A stretch of DNA of 64,000 nt from Minisyncoccota bacterium (GCA_963668425.1 OY764332.1:359504-423503), one strand, 5' to 3'. Positions 9,530 to 19,125 are shown, numbered from the stretch's first letter. Translations and numbers: made by a program. Notes: a model not told the origin generated them from the letters alone.

Positions 9530-9874
9530 ATGGATATGATTGGTATTGAACATTTTTCTTCGGTTGAGATGGTTGTTGGTCGGATTGTGTTTGCTGAGAG
9601 TATGGACGGCTCTGATAAAATGTTGCGATTACTTGTTGATACTGGCGGTCCCAATAGCCGAACCATCCTCTCTGGCATCGCGCAGCACTATACTCCTGTT
9701 TCTCTGATTGGGCGGAAATGTGTTGTTGTGGTAAATTTGCAACCAAAGGACATTATGAATGTTGAGAGTAATGGTATGGTGATATGTGCAACGTACAAGG
9801 ATGGGTTGGGTGATGTCAGTGTACGGTTGATAGAGCCGGCACTTGGAATCCCTGTCGGATCTCGACTGTCGTAG
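9530..9874 (+). CDS. Standalone tRNA-binding OB-fold domain protein (Myf/EMAP/CsaA-like, as found at MetRS C-termini).
   Basis: 'MIGIEHF...VVGRIVFAESMDGSDKMLRLLVDTGGPNSRTILSGIAQHYTPVSLIGRKCVVVVNLQPK' is the tRNA-binding domain signature. Located directly upstream of metG. Confidence 0.6.
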   Translation: MDMIGIEHFSSVEMVVGRIVFAESMDGSDKMLRLLVDTGGPNSRTILSGIAQHYTPVSLIGRKCVVVVNLQPKDIMNVESNGMVICATYKDGLGDVSVRLIEPALGIPVGSRLS

Positions 9875-9903
9875 GTTTTTCTATTTTCTCTTGTTGCGGT
9901 AGT

Positions 9904-11643
9904 ATGGGTAGTATGAAGGGTGTTTCTGAATCAAAGCATGTTTTTGTCGCATCTGCGTGGCCCTATGCGAATGGGTTGTTGCACTTGGGACACATTGCTT
10001 CGCTTGTCGGGGCAGATGTGCTCGCGCGATATCATCGGCTGAAAGGGGATCAGGTATTATTTGTTTCAGGGAGTGATTGTTATGGCACTCCTGTTGCACT
10101 TGAGGCAGTTGCACAAGGTGTTGACCCTGCGTCCATTGCTGATAAGTACCATGCCGAATTTTGTAAATCATTTGATGCACTTTCATTTTCGTTTGATTTA
10201 TACACTAAAACTACCACACTGGAGCACCAAAAGGTAGTGCAAGATATTTTTTTACGTTTATATACATCTGGATATATCTACACCAAAGTTGATAAAGCAT
10301 TGTACTCTCCCGCTCTGCAACGATTTTTGCCGGATCGGTTTGTTGAAGGTGAGTGTCCTCACTGTGGTTTTGATGGTGCTCGAGGTGATCAGTGTGATGC
10401 GTGTGGTACGTTACTTGACTCATTGTTGCTTAAAAATCCTCGTGTTAACTCCAAGATGTTTGTAGGACAAGATGCTTCTGTTGACCAATCTCTTGAGGTG
10501 CGTGAGTCGGAACATTTTTATTTAAAACTTACCGCGTTTCAAGATGTGTTGGAGCAGTGGGTTGGTTCTGTGAGTGATTCATGGCGAGTACAGGCAGCAC
10601 AATTTACGAAAGGTTTTCTAAAGCAGGGGTTACATGATCGTGCTATTACACGAGATACTGATTGGGGGGTTCCAATACCGGTTGACGGCTATGATGATAA
10701 GCGGATATATGTGTGGTTTGAGGCAGTGTTGGGGTATTTGTCCGCGGCAATGCACTGTTGTCATGATCGGGGAGATGCTGCTGGTTGGAAGCAGTGGTTT
10801 TTTTCCGATGATGCGGTGCATTATTACGTACACGGTAAGGATAATGTGCCGTTTCATAGTATTATTTTGCCGGCGATTTTGAAAGGTGCAGGTACATATC
10901 ACTTACCGGATATGTTGTTTTCTTCGGAATATTTATCCCTTGAGGGAAAACAACTTTCTACTAGTCGCGGGTGGGCGATATGGGTTTCTGATTTTCTTGA
11001 GCAGTTTGATTCTGAGTTGTTGCGGTATTATATGTTGGCGCATGGTCCTGAGACCTCCGATACTGATTTTCGTTGGTCTGAATTTGGGCAGAGGGTGAAT
11101 GGGGAGTTGATCGGCACTTTTGGTAATTTGGTACATAGGATATGCTCATTTACACAGAAAAATTTTCCTGATGGAGTTTCCTTCAATGGTGAGGTTGATG
11201 ATTTTTCAAAGCAGCTACTTTCTGGTGCTGAGGGGGCGTTTGCTCTTGTTGGTGCACACATAGAATCTGGGCAGTTTCGGCAAGGGTTTCGTGAGGTGTT
11301 AAGGGTTGCTGAGGAGGCAAATCGTTTTGCACATACCAAGGAGCCATGGAAGCATTTGGATGATGTGGCTCGTGTTCAGACCGATCTTTCCGTGTTGTTG
11401 CATACTATTCGCACTCTTTCGGTCTTGGTGCAGCCGTTTTTGCCGAGGACTTCCGTTAAGATACAAGGTTTTTTTGGTTCTGATAGTATTGAGAGCACGT
11501 CTTGTGTTTCCCATGCACTTTCCACTTGGCGTTATTCTGAATTACCAAAAACTTTTACTTTGCAGGAGATTGAACCACTTTTTCAGAAGGTTGAAGATGA
11601 CGTGATACAGAAGCAGCAAGAAATATTACGTGCGCGTGGGTGA
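9904..11643 (+). CDS. metG: Methionyl-tRNA synthetase.
   Basis: 'WPYANGLLHLGH' (HIGH region), zinc knuckle 'CPHCGFDGARGDQCDACG', KMSKS-region 'GKQLSTSRG', and an anticodon-binding C-terminal domain. Confidence 0.9.
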   Translation: MGSMKGVSESKHVFVASAWPYANGLLHLGHIASLVGADVLARYHRLKGDQVLFVSGSDCYGTPVALEAVAQGVDPASIADKYHAEFCKSFDALSFSFDLYTKTTTLEHQKVVQDIFLRLYTSGYIYTKVDKALYSPALQRFLPDRFVEGECPHCGFDGARGDQCDACGTLLDSLLLKNPRVNSKMFVGQDASVDQSLEVRESEHFYLKLTAFQDVLEQWVGSVSDSWRVQAAQFTKGFLKQGLHDRAITRDTDWGVPIPVDGYDDKRIYVWFEAVLGYLSAAMHCCHDRGDAAGWKQWFFSDDAVHYYVHGKDNVPFHSIILPAILKGAGTYHLPDMLFSSEYLSLEGKQLSTSRGWAIWVSDFLEQFDSELLRYYMLAHGPETSDTDFRWSEFGQRVNGELIGTFGNLVHRICSFTQKNFPDGVSFNGEVDDFSKQLLSGAEGAFALVGAHIESGQFRQGFREVLRVAEEANRFAHTKEPWKHLDDVARVQTDLSVLLHTIRTLSVLVQPFLPRTSVKIQGFFGSDSIESTSCVSHALSTWRYSELPKTFTLQEIEPLFQKVEDDVIQKQQEILRARG

Positions 11644-11783
11644 TGAGTTGATTTGCTATTTCCATTCTTGCACCAAGAGAGATTACCTTATTTTGTTTGT
11701 TGCTTTATTGGTTGGTGCTTGGCGTTGTTAGAAGTGTTGGGTGTGTTTTTGCTGAAAACCCGATGTGCTATACTGTGTTTGTT

Positions 11784-12365
11784 ATGAGGAATTTGGTAAT
11801 ACCAACTGTTATAGAGCAGACCAGCACTGGGACTCGGGCATATGATATTTACTCTCGTTTGTTGAATGATAGAATAATTTTTCTTGGGGGGTCGATTGAT
11901 GATCAGAGTGCGAATTTGGTTGTGGCACAGTTGTTGCTGTTGGATTCGCAGAGTAAGGATAAACCAATGTATTTATATATCAATTCGCCGGGTGGCTCGG
12001 TAACAGCGGCCATGGCAATACTTGACACCATGAATCATGTGAAGGCGGATGTTGCAACGGTATGTGTCGGATTAGCTGCATCTGCGGGGTCAGTGATATT
12101 GTCAGCAGGGGAGCCGGGACATCGGTCAGCGTTGCGAAATGCGGAGATCATGATACATCAGCCACATGGTGGTGTTGAAGGACAGGTGTCTGATATTACT
12201 ATCGCTGCGAAGCGGATGCATGATGTTCGGGCTCGGCTGAATAAGATACTAGCGAAAAATACCGGTAAAACGGTGCAGCAGGTTGCTGAAGATGTTGAGC
12301 GGGATAAGTATATGATTGCTGAAGATGCAAAGAAATACGGGATAATAGACAAAATTCACGCTTGA
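11784..12365 (+). CDS. clpP: ATP-dependent Clp protease proteolytic subunit.
   Basis: '[36 protein letters not shown]...[11 protein letters not shown]...IMIHQPHGG', with the catalytic Ser/His contexts conserved. Confidence 0.9.
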   Translation: MRNLVIPTVIEQTSTGTRAYDIYSRLLNDRIIFLGGSIDDQSANLVVAQLLLLDSQSKDKPMYLYINSPGGSVTAAMAILDTMNHVKADVATVCVGLAASAGSVILSAGEPGHRSALRNAEIMIHQPHGGVEGQVSDITIAAKRMHDVRARLNKILAKNTGKTVQQVAEDVERDKYMIAEDAKKYGIIDKIHA

Positions 12366-12472
12366 TGACATTATATCCTCTTTTTGTGTAAGGTGTTTTG
12401 TTTTTTATTTCTTTGGTATACTCTGTATGTGGGCGAGAGCCCTCTTTTATCAGAAATATAAATCACATAGCT

Positions 12473-12751
12473 ATGATGAATAAGGCAAGTTTAGTAGAAA
12501 ATTTGCAGACGGAACAGGATTTGACCAAGGCGCAAGCTGAGCAGGTAGTTGAAGGTATTTTTGACTCAGTTGTAAAAGAAGTTGCAAAAGGTGAAACTGT
12601 TTCAATTGCTGGTTTTGGTATATTTGAGTCGAAAGAGCGAGCAGCGAGAATGGGAAGAAATCCAAAGACCGGTGAGGCAATACAGATTAAAGCATCGGTC
12701 AACCCAAAATTCCGACCTGCGAAGGCATTTAAAGATGCTGTTAACAGTTAG
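12473..12751 (+). CDS. hup: DNA-binding protein HU.
   Basis: 'MNKASLVENLQ...GFGIFESKERAARMGRNPKTGEAIQIKASVNPKFRPAKAFKDAVN' is the canonical HU/IHF fold sequence. Confidence 0.85.
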   Translation: MMNKASLVENLQTEQDLTKAQAEQVVEGIFDSVVKEVAKGETVSIAGFGIFESKERAARMGRNPKTGEAIQIKASVNPKFRPAKAFKDAVNS

Positions 12752-12770
12752 AGAGGAGTGGCATAATATG

Positions 12771-12812
12771 CAAAACAAACAACGACTGCACAGCAGTCGT
12801 TGTTTGTTTTGT
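12771..12812 (+). terminator. Rho-independent terminator after hup (AAACAAACAACGACTGC..GCAGTCGTTGTTTGTTTT).
   Basis: ~17-bp inverted repeat ending in a T-run. It lies inside the 5' part of ORF-track entry 12582..13451, which supports the later sodA start. Confidence 0.6.
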
Positions 12813-12859
12813 GTATCAAAAGGTGTGCGGTGTTATATCTGTTGTGTTATACTTACGGT

Positions 12860-13451
12860 AATGAAAGAATATCAACCAATGGAATTTGCTCTACCTGCCA
12901 TAGATGGTATTTCAGAGAAAACAATTGAAACTCATTTAGGTCTCTATAAGGGATATGTGACTCATCTGAATATGCAGTATCAGAAGATCAAGGAGATGTG
13001 CGAACAGGAAGCGGGCACCACAATCACCGTTTCCGCATTAACCAGAAGAATACCGTTTGAGCTTGCTGGGGTGATCAATCATGAGCGTTATTTCGGCGCA
13101 CTTGAAGGCGGAGCAACATCTCTGAGTGAGGGGAGTGCCTTTAGTGCTATAGTGCGTGAGCAGTTTGGTTCACTTGATGAATTTAAAATGGCAATACAAC
13201 ACACAGCGGCTGTTATGCGCGGGGTCGGGTGGGTAATTGTTGCATATGACAGTGCGCGCAGTGCACTACATATATACTGGGTTGTTGATCACGAGCTGGG
13301 GAACGTGAATTTGCCGACTGTCGTTGCGCTTGATATGTGGGAGCACTCGTATATGCTTGATTATTTACCGTCAGACAAGGGGAAATATGTTTCGGCATAT
13401 TTGGATGCGGTTAATTGGCACTATGTTGAGAAACAATTTGATTTGATTTAG
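12860..13451 (+). CDS. sodA: Fe/Mn-type superoxide dismutase.
   Basis: 'LPAIDGISEKTIETHLGLYKGYV', 'HERYFGAL' and 'DMWEHSYMLDY' are Fe/Mn SOD signatures. Start placed at the ATG after the hup terminator. Confidence 0.85.
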
Positions 13452-14122
13452 TAGCAGTCCTGTTGTTTTGCGATGTTTTTTGCGGGTGTTGTTAATGCTT
13501 CGTAGCTTTTCTTTTTGAACGGGGAAAGATATGCGGTTGCGATGGCATATCCTACGGAACACGCGGTGAATGGTGGTATTTTTTCTTTTTCATTACCCCA
13601 AAACCATTTTTCTATGTCTGGAGATGATGTGCTGTGCTCACTTTTTATTTTTTCCCATAGCCGTTTTATTTCCTTTTTTGGCAGTTGTGTGAAGCGACCT
13701 TTCGGCTTTGCGGACATTTTTTCTGTTACAAATGTCTCTGCAAGTCCTTCATTTATTACCTCTTCTAGTAGTCCACAGTCCGCATCAAGACCAATATGTT
13801 TTGTGCGTGCGGTTGTGTATAAGCTGCGGTAGCAGTGCTCTGTGATATTTTTTGTGATTATATTTTTGTTACTTGGTAGTGCCTTGTGTATCGTGTCAAC
13901 ATCAGCGAAGAGGTATATGGCAGTTTCATCACATGAGGATCCAAAAAACATTTCGCTATCAAGCATCTTTTTAGGGTTGGTGGAAATGAGTACTTCGCAT
14001 TCTGTGAGATTGAGATCGTTATGCGCTTCTTTATATATTTGGTCAATTGTTTGAGCAATGATATCCTGTGCAACTTTTTTGAGTGTTGTGATGTTGTTTT
14101 TTAAGAAGTGGATTCTATACAT
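13448..14122 (-). CDS. Hypothetical protein, possibly DUF2268-like (predicted metallopeptidase-like fold with a degenerate HExxH).
   Basis: The pattern 'EH..R...EGLAETF...W..L..EE.KRLWEKIK...WFWGN...P...GYAIATAYL' resembles DUF2268 members as I remember them. No intact HExxH. Confidence 0.3.
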   Translation of the reverse strand: MYRIHFLKNNITTLKKVAQDIIAQTIDQIYKEAHNDLNLTECEVLISTNPKKMLDSEMFFGSSCDETAIYLFADVDTIHKALPSNKNIITKNITEHCYRSLYTTARTKHIGLDADCGLLEEVINEGLAETFVTEKMSAKPKGRFTQLPKKEIKRLWEKIKSEHSTSSPDIEKWFWGNEKEKIPPFTACSVGYAIATAYLSPFKKKSYEALTTPAKNIAKQQDCY

Positions 14123-14213
14123 TGTCTTTATGGTACCAGATTTTGCTATTTTAGATTGTTGGCATGGTATGTTGGTAGTAATGGGCTTTTACAGCAGTTT
14201 CTTTTATGGAAAG

Positions 14214-17200
14214 ATGCGACGACCGGTGTTGTTTTTGTTATTGCTTATTTCTTGTTATTTGTTTTTTGTCACATTTGATGGCTTTGTGCATAACGATCAG
14301 ATTTTTGCTCATGCGCAGTCACTGAACACTGGCTCTTCTGATCAATCTTGGTCGGTACGATCGTTTATCTGGAATCAAAGGGGAAATACTTGGTTGCGTA
14401 CGCATTGTACGATGCGTATAGGTGGCTTGGGATCATTGGTGCCTGGTGAATCGTCTCGGTCGTCATGTAGTAATACCTCTGTGGATAAAAAATTGGGTTT
14501 TGTTCAATACTATCATGACATTGATCCTGATGACACTACACCGAATGATGATACTGATGATGTGTATGGTAAGTTGAAAGGTCGAGCGTGGTCTCCTTTT
14601 TATGGGGCTGTGTATTTTGATTTGTCTGATTTTCCCTCTTCTGGTAATGCCGCTTCTTGTTATGGACTCACTGGTGTCAGTAGGCAGGCGCGGGTACGGC
14701 GGTTGAGTGATGAGGTGAAGTTGGTTGGTTGTGCATATGTGCCGCTATTGAAGAATTATATTCTTTTTAATAAGTTTGGCACAACAGATTCTAGTATTCC
14801 TTCTTCTAGTTGGAATGGGGTTTCTGTTAGTGCTGTTGAAGATCCTGTCAGTGCGTATCTTACACTCTCTGGTTGTGCGTGGTCATCAAGGAGTGGTTTT
14901 TGGTCTGTTGGACCGAATAGATCTTCGGTGTTAAACAATGAGAACTGTTTGCCGCCAGGACATAACACTGCACTTCGGAGAGTGCTCCCTGAATCACGTA
15001 TTGGCTCTCCTGGTGGTGTGCTTACTACAGTCAGTCCGACTCGTACTTCCGCTAAAATTGGACAGGAGGTTGGATATCAGTATGTGTGCCCCGATGGTTA
15101 TTCTGCTCCATCTCTTCGTGTTGGTTCTAGGATTGTTTCCTCAATTCTTTCGTTTTTTCGTGGTTCATATCGTGAGATTTTCACTGATCCTGTTGACACC
15201 CTTTTACTCACTTGCACTGATAGAACAGGTGTTTTTACTACTTTACGAAATTCCTCTGGTGCAGTCAGCACCTCAGTTCAGAATTCCCTTTTTATTTCTT
15301 CATTTACTGCTACACCACCAGTGCTTACTGGAGGTGGCTTTATTTCGTTTGGTGGGCAGGTGAGCAATCAGGGTGGGTTTGCGAGCAGAACTTTTATTGA
15401 TACTGCTGTTGGACATTGTGATAATACCGTGCGGAACGGATGTCTTAACGGTGCTGTGAATGATGCAGTGATTGCTGATGATTCTCTGTATTATAAGTGG
15501 CGGTGTGAGGGGGTGGGTGGTGCAGCACACTCGGGAACTTGTCAATCTGTGAAGGTGCTATCTGTACCTACTCAGGCAAAGGTGGTTGCATCTGATAGAG
15601 CGGGCGATGATACTTTTGGCTACTCTGTTTCTATAGACGGAGACACCGCTATAGTTGGTGCTCACCTTGAGGATCACGATGCAAGTGGTAGCACTCCTAA
15701 ACCTGATGCTGGCTCCGCTTACATTTTCACCCGCACAGGAAGCACCTGGAGTCAGCAGGCAAAGATTGTTGCGTCTGATAGAGCGTCTTATAATTACTTT
15801 GGACACTCTGTTTCCATAGATGGAGATACCGCTATAGTTGGTGCTCACGCTGACGCCGGTTCCGCCTACATTTTTACCCGCACAGGAAGCACCTGGAGTC
15901 AGCAAGCAAAGATTGTTGCGTCTGATAAAGCGAGCGATGATACTTTTGGCTACTCTGTTTCTATAGACGGAGACACTGCTATAGTTGGTGCTTACAACGA
16001 AGATCACGATGTCAGCGGCGGCGCCTCTCAATTTAGTGCCGGCTCCGCTTACATTTTCACCCGCACAGGAAGCACCTGGAGTCAGCAGGCGAAGATTGTT
16101 GCGTCTGATAGAGCGTCTACTGATTATTTCGGCTACTCTGTTTCTATAGACGGAGACACCGCTATAGTTGGTGCTTACAACGAAGATCACGATGTCAGCG
16201 GTGGTGCTTCTAAAAATAACGCCGGTTCCGCCTATATCTTTACTCGTACAGGAAGCACCTGGAGTCAGCAGGCAAAGATTGTTGCGTCTGATCGATTTGA
16301 GAGGGACGATTTTGGTCGCTCTGTTTCCATAGATGGAGACACTGCTATAGTTGGTGCTCGCTTTGAGGACGACGATGTCAGCGGTGGCGCTTCTAAAAAT
16401 AACGCCGGCTCCGCTTACATTTTTACCCGCACAGGAAACGCCTGGAGTCAGCAGGCAAAGATTATTGCGTCTGATAGAGCGGTCAGTGATTCTTTTGGCT
16501 ACTCTGTTTTCATAGACGGAAACACCGCTATAGTTGGTGCTTACCTTGAGGATCACGATGTCAGTGGTGGCGCTTTTCAAACTAACGCCGGCTCCGCTTA
16601 CATTTTTACCCGCACAGGAAGCACCTGGAGTCAGCAGGCAAAGATTGTTGCGTCTGATAGAGCATCTAATGATTATTTTGGCCACTCTGTTTCCATAGAT
16701 GGTGGTATAGCCATGATTGGTGCTTATAATGAAGATCACGATGTCAGCGGTGGTGCTTCTAAAAATAACGCTGGTTCCGCTTATGCATTCACTTTTCCTA
16801 CTCAAGGGCTTTGTGATAACACTGTGCGAAATGGTTGCATGCTTGGTGTTGTGAATGACGCTGCGATTGTTGATACTGCCACACATTATCGTTGGCGGTG
16901 TGGTGGTGCTAATGGTGGTGGTGACTCTGGTGCTTGTCAGTTTTCTAAGGCGACTATTCCAGGTAATGAAGGGTATTGTGCTATTGTCAATAAGGTGACA
17001 GGGCGTGAGGTACACCGTTTTGACGTTGATGGATCTGCTGTTTCTGTTTCTGGCTCTGACTTGGTGGTGCGAGATACGGTGTATGACTTGCAGTGTCAAT
17101 ATAAAAAATTTACTGCTGATGGGCTGTTTGATAAATGGCAGTCGATCTCACCCCCCTCTGTTGTGGTGAAGGTGTTGCCGCGGAATGTTTCTGAGCGGAA

Positions 17201-18743
17201 TGTTTCTGGTTCTGTTGGTTTACCGGTTTTCTCTGAGACCAATGCTGCTGTTTCGGTTACTATTCCACCTAGTGCTGCCATGGTGTATGTGTATCGTCTT
17301 GATGTGTCCTCTTTGAGGCAGGTTACTCCGAACTCGTTGTATAAGATTTTTGTTGATCGAGATGCCGTTGAGTTGAGTGATAGTGAGACCATTAATGCTC
17401 TGAAGGCGCGATTGTTTGAGAGTGCGGTGCAGAGTAGGGTTGTGGTTGTTGGTTCTGGCTCTGGGAGTATTACCAGATCTGCTCTAACTGACAAATCTTT
17501 GGTTGCTGTTGCGCGAACTGTAGATGGTGCTTGGAGTCAGCAGGTCATATATTCTTTTTTGGTTGCCGGCTCTTGTGACAACGGTGTCCGTAACGGCTGC
17601 TCTGCCGGTTTCTTCAATGATTCAGCAGAGCCAGATACTGCTACTGAATACCGATGGCGGTGTGATGGAACGAGAGGTGGGGAAAATTCAGGTCAATGTT
17701 CCATCTTGAAATCCTCTGTTGTTGTCGGCTCTTGTGACAACAGTGTCCGCAACGGTTGCTCTTCTGGTACCCTCAATGATGCAGTAGAGTCAGATACTGC
17801 TACTGAATACCGATGGCGGTGTGATGGGGCTGGAGGTGAGAAAAATTCAGTCCAGTGTTCCATCGCTAAACCTGTTATCGGCTCTTGCAATAACAGTGTC
17901 CGCAACGGTTGTTCTACTGGAGTTGCTAATGATGCAGCAGAGTCAGATACTGCTACTGAATATCGATGGCGGTGTGATGGGGCTGGAGGTGAGAAAAATT
18001 CAGGTCAGTGTTCCATCTTGAAATCCTCTGTTTTCGCCGGCTCTTGCAATAACAGTGTCCGCAACGGTTGCTCTTCTGGTACCCTCAATGATGCGGCAGA
18101 GTCAGATACTGCTAGTGAATACCGATGGCGGTGTGATGGGTCTGGGGGTGGGCAAAATTCAGGTCAGTGTTCCATCTTGAAATCCTCTGTTGTTGTTGGC
18201 TCTTGTGACAACAGTGTCCGCAACGGTTGTTCTACTGGAGTTGCTAATGATGCAGCAGAGTCAGATACTGCTACTGAATATCGATGGCGGTGTGATGGGG
18301 CTGGGGGTGGTGTTCGTTCTGGTGTTTGTAAAAGAAACAAGCCAATTGATGGTGGCTGGAGTAAATGGGCACCACTCTCTGGAGCTAAAACTTGTGGTGA
18401 TGCATTTGTCCAGACGAGATCCTGCACTAATCCGGCACCGGCACATGGTGGTAAGGTGTGCTCTGGCTCTTCAAGTCGTCAGGATGTCGGTACGCAATGC
18501 TCATCCGGCAAGATTTGCAAGGATAAGAAGTGTGTGGTGTCGTCGATATCTTGTTCTGCTAACAATGCGTCTTTCAGACGCTGGGGCAGTAATGGCACCT
18601 GTTATGCTATTGGAGCTCGTGCTACTATTCCTGCCGGAGTGGTTGGAGGTCGCCACACAATTCAAGCTAATGTTGGAACTGGGAGGGCGGTATTTGAGTG
18701 TACGGATTCTGGTTGGACAGAAGTTAGCTCTACCTGTTCTTAG
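14214..18743 (+). CDS. Giant secreted/cell-surface protein (~1509 aa) with a signal peptide, 7 FG-GAP-type propeller repeats, 8 copies of a 4-Cys ~47-aa repeat, and a thrombospondin type-1-like module near the C-terminus.
   Basis: Start moved to the internal ATG giving 'MRRPVLFLLLLISCYLFF...'. Repeats 'FGYSVSIDGDTAIVGA...AGSAYIFTRTGSTWSQQAKIVASD' occur x7. 'GSCDNSVRNGCSxGxxNDAxESDTATEYRWRCDGxGG..SGQCSI' occurs x8. 'WSKWAPLSGAKTCGDAFVQTRSCTNPAPAHGGKVCSG' is TSP1-like. Confidence 0.7.
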   Translation: MRRPVLFLLLLISCYLFFVTFDGFVHNDQIFAHAQSLNTGSSDQSWSVRSFIWNQRGNTWLRTHCTMRIGGLGSLVPGESSRSSCSNTSVDKKLGFVQYYHDIDPDDTTPNDDTDDVYGKLKGRAWSPFYGAVYFDLSDFPSSGNAASCYGLTGVSRQARVRRLSDEVKLVGCAYVPLLKNYILFNKFGTTDSSIPSSSWNGVSVSAVEDPVSAYLTLSGCAWSSRSGFWSVGPNRSSVLNNENCLPPGHNTALRRVLPESRIGSPGGVLTTVSPTRTSAKIGQEVGYQYVCPDGYSAPSLRVGSRIVSSILSFFRGSYREIFTDPVDTLLLTCTDRTGVFTTLRNSSGAVSTSVQNSLFISSFTATPPVLTGGGFISFGGQVSNQGGFASRTFIDTAVGHCDNTVRNGCLNGAVNDAVIADDSLYYKWRCEGVGGAAHSGTCQSVKVLSVPTQAKVVASDRAGDDTFGYSVSIDGDTAIVGAHLEDHDASGSTPKPDAGSAYIFTRTGSTWSQQAKIVASDRASYNYFGHSVSIDGDTAIVGAHADAGSAYIFTRTGSTWSQQAKIVASDKASDDTFGYSVSIDGDTAIVGAYNEDHDVSGGASQFSAGSAYIFTRTGSTWSQQAKIVASDRASTDYFGYSVSIDGDTAIVGAYNEDHDVSGGASKNNAGSAYIFTRTGSTWSQQAKIVASDRFERDDFGRSVSIDGDTAIVGARFEDDDVSGGASKNNAGSAYIFTRTGNAWSQQAKIIASDRAVSDSFGYSVFIDGNTAIVGAYLEDHDVSGGAFQTNAGSAYIFTRTGSTWSQQAKIVASDRASNDYFGHSVSIDGGIAMIGAYNEDHDVSGGASKNNAGSAYAFTFPTQGLCDNTVRNGCMLGVVNDAAIVDTATHYRWRCGGANGGGDSGACQFSKATIPGNEGYCAIVNKVTGREVHRFDVDGSAVSVSGSDLVVRDTVYDLQCQYKKFTADGLFDKWQSISPPSVVVKVLPRNVSERNVSGSVGLPVFSETNAAVSVTIPPSAAMVYVYRLDVSSLRQVTPNSLYKIFVDRDAVELSDSETINALKARLFESAVQSRVVVVGSGSGSITRSALTDKSLVAVARTVDGAWSQQVIYSFLVAGSCDNGVRNGCSAGFFNDSAEPDTATEYRWRCDGTRGGENSGQCSILKSSVVVGSCDNSVRNGCSSGTLNDAVESDTATEYRWRCDGAGGEKNSVQCSIAKPVIGSCNNSVRNGCSTGVANDAAESDTATEYRWRCDGAGGEKNSGQCSILKSSVFAGSCNNSVRNGCSSGTLNDAAESDTASEYRWRCDGSGGGQNSGQCSILKSSVVVGSCDNSVRNGCSTGVANDAAESDTATEYRWRCDGAGGGVRSGVCKRNKPIDGGWSKWAPLSGAKTCGDAFVQTRSCTNPAPAHGGKVCSGSSSRQDVGTQCSSGKICKDKKCVVSSISCSANNASFRRWGSNGTCYAIGARATIPAGVVGGRHTIQANVGTGRAVFECTDSGWTEVSSTCS
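15570..16800 (+). repeat. Coding tandem repeats (~138 bp x 7) encoding the FG-GAP-like propeller blades.
   Basis: Near-identical nucleotide periodicity. The antisense ORF 15558..17099 is an artefact of this. Confidence 0.8.
17560..18330 (+). repeat. Coding tandem repeats (~141-150 bp x 6, plus 2 diverged copies upstream) encoding the 4-Cys module.
   Basis: Repeated GGCTCTTG(T/C)(G/A)ACAACAGTGTCCGCAACGG(T/C)TG(C/T)TCT...TACCGATGGCGGTGTGATGG units. Confidence 0.8.
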
Positions 18744-18770
18744 TTGATGTAATTACACTGCTTTCTGTTG

Positions 18771-19125
18771 GAGGGGGAGTAGTGTGCATAGTAATGCACG
18801 CCACTCCCCCTCCTTACTCCCCCTCCTTTTTTTAAAAACAAATATTTTTTACCTGCTTTTTTCTTCTTTTTTAAAAACAAATATTTTTTATCTGCGGAGG
18901 GGGAGGGATTCGGCGTCAAGTTTCTAAGCTCGCTATCGCTCACTAAGAACTTCCTGCCCGGGCTCGGCGACAATTTTGCTTCGCCCTGCTTCGCAAAATC
19001 GTAGACCGCCTCCGCCTTTCAAATCCCAACGTAGTGTGCATTACTATGCACACTACTCCCCCTCCTTACTCCCCCTCCTTTTTTTAAAAACAAATATTTT
19101 TTATCTGCGGAGGGGGAGGGATTCG
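18771..19125. repeat. Complex repeat region between the giant-protein gene and tRNA-Ser. Two ~250-bp-spaced copies of [palindromic hairpin GTAGTGTGCAT..ATGCACACTAC + CTCCCCCTCC T-rich tract + 17-nt tRNA-Ser 3' end]; the first copy lacks the rest of the tRNA.
   Basis: Copy 1 spans about 18771-18912 and contains an internal duplication of TTTTTAAAAACAAATATTTTTTA. Copy 2 spans about 19031-19125 and runs into the intact tRNA. 'TCTGCGGAGGGGGAGGGATTCG' is present at 18891-18912 and at 19104-19125. Confidence 0.8.

Noticed and set aside
9157-9678. 173-aa minus-strand ORF spanning rpsT
   Set aside because: It is antisense to a canonical S20 gene and to the tRNA-binding protein gene.
12813-12862. Leaderless sodA transcript (a TATACT box 7 nt before the 12860 ATG)
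   Set aside because: Plausible by spacing, but it is a single weak -10 match without a -35 element. A similar reading at the islet genes is noted in findings only as a hypothesis.
15558-17099. 513-aa minus-strand ORF
   Set aside because: It lies entirely antisense to the FG-GAP tandem repeats of the giant +strand gene. Its repetitive Arg/Asn-rich translation mirrors the repeat period and has no start context. The shorter antisense ORFs 17693-17905 and 18164-18427 over the Cys-repeat region are the same artefact.
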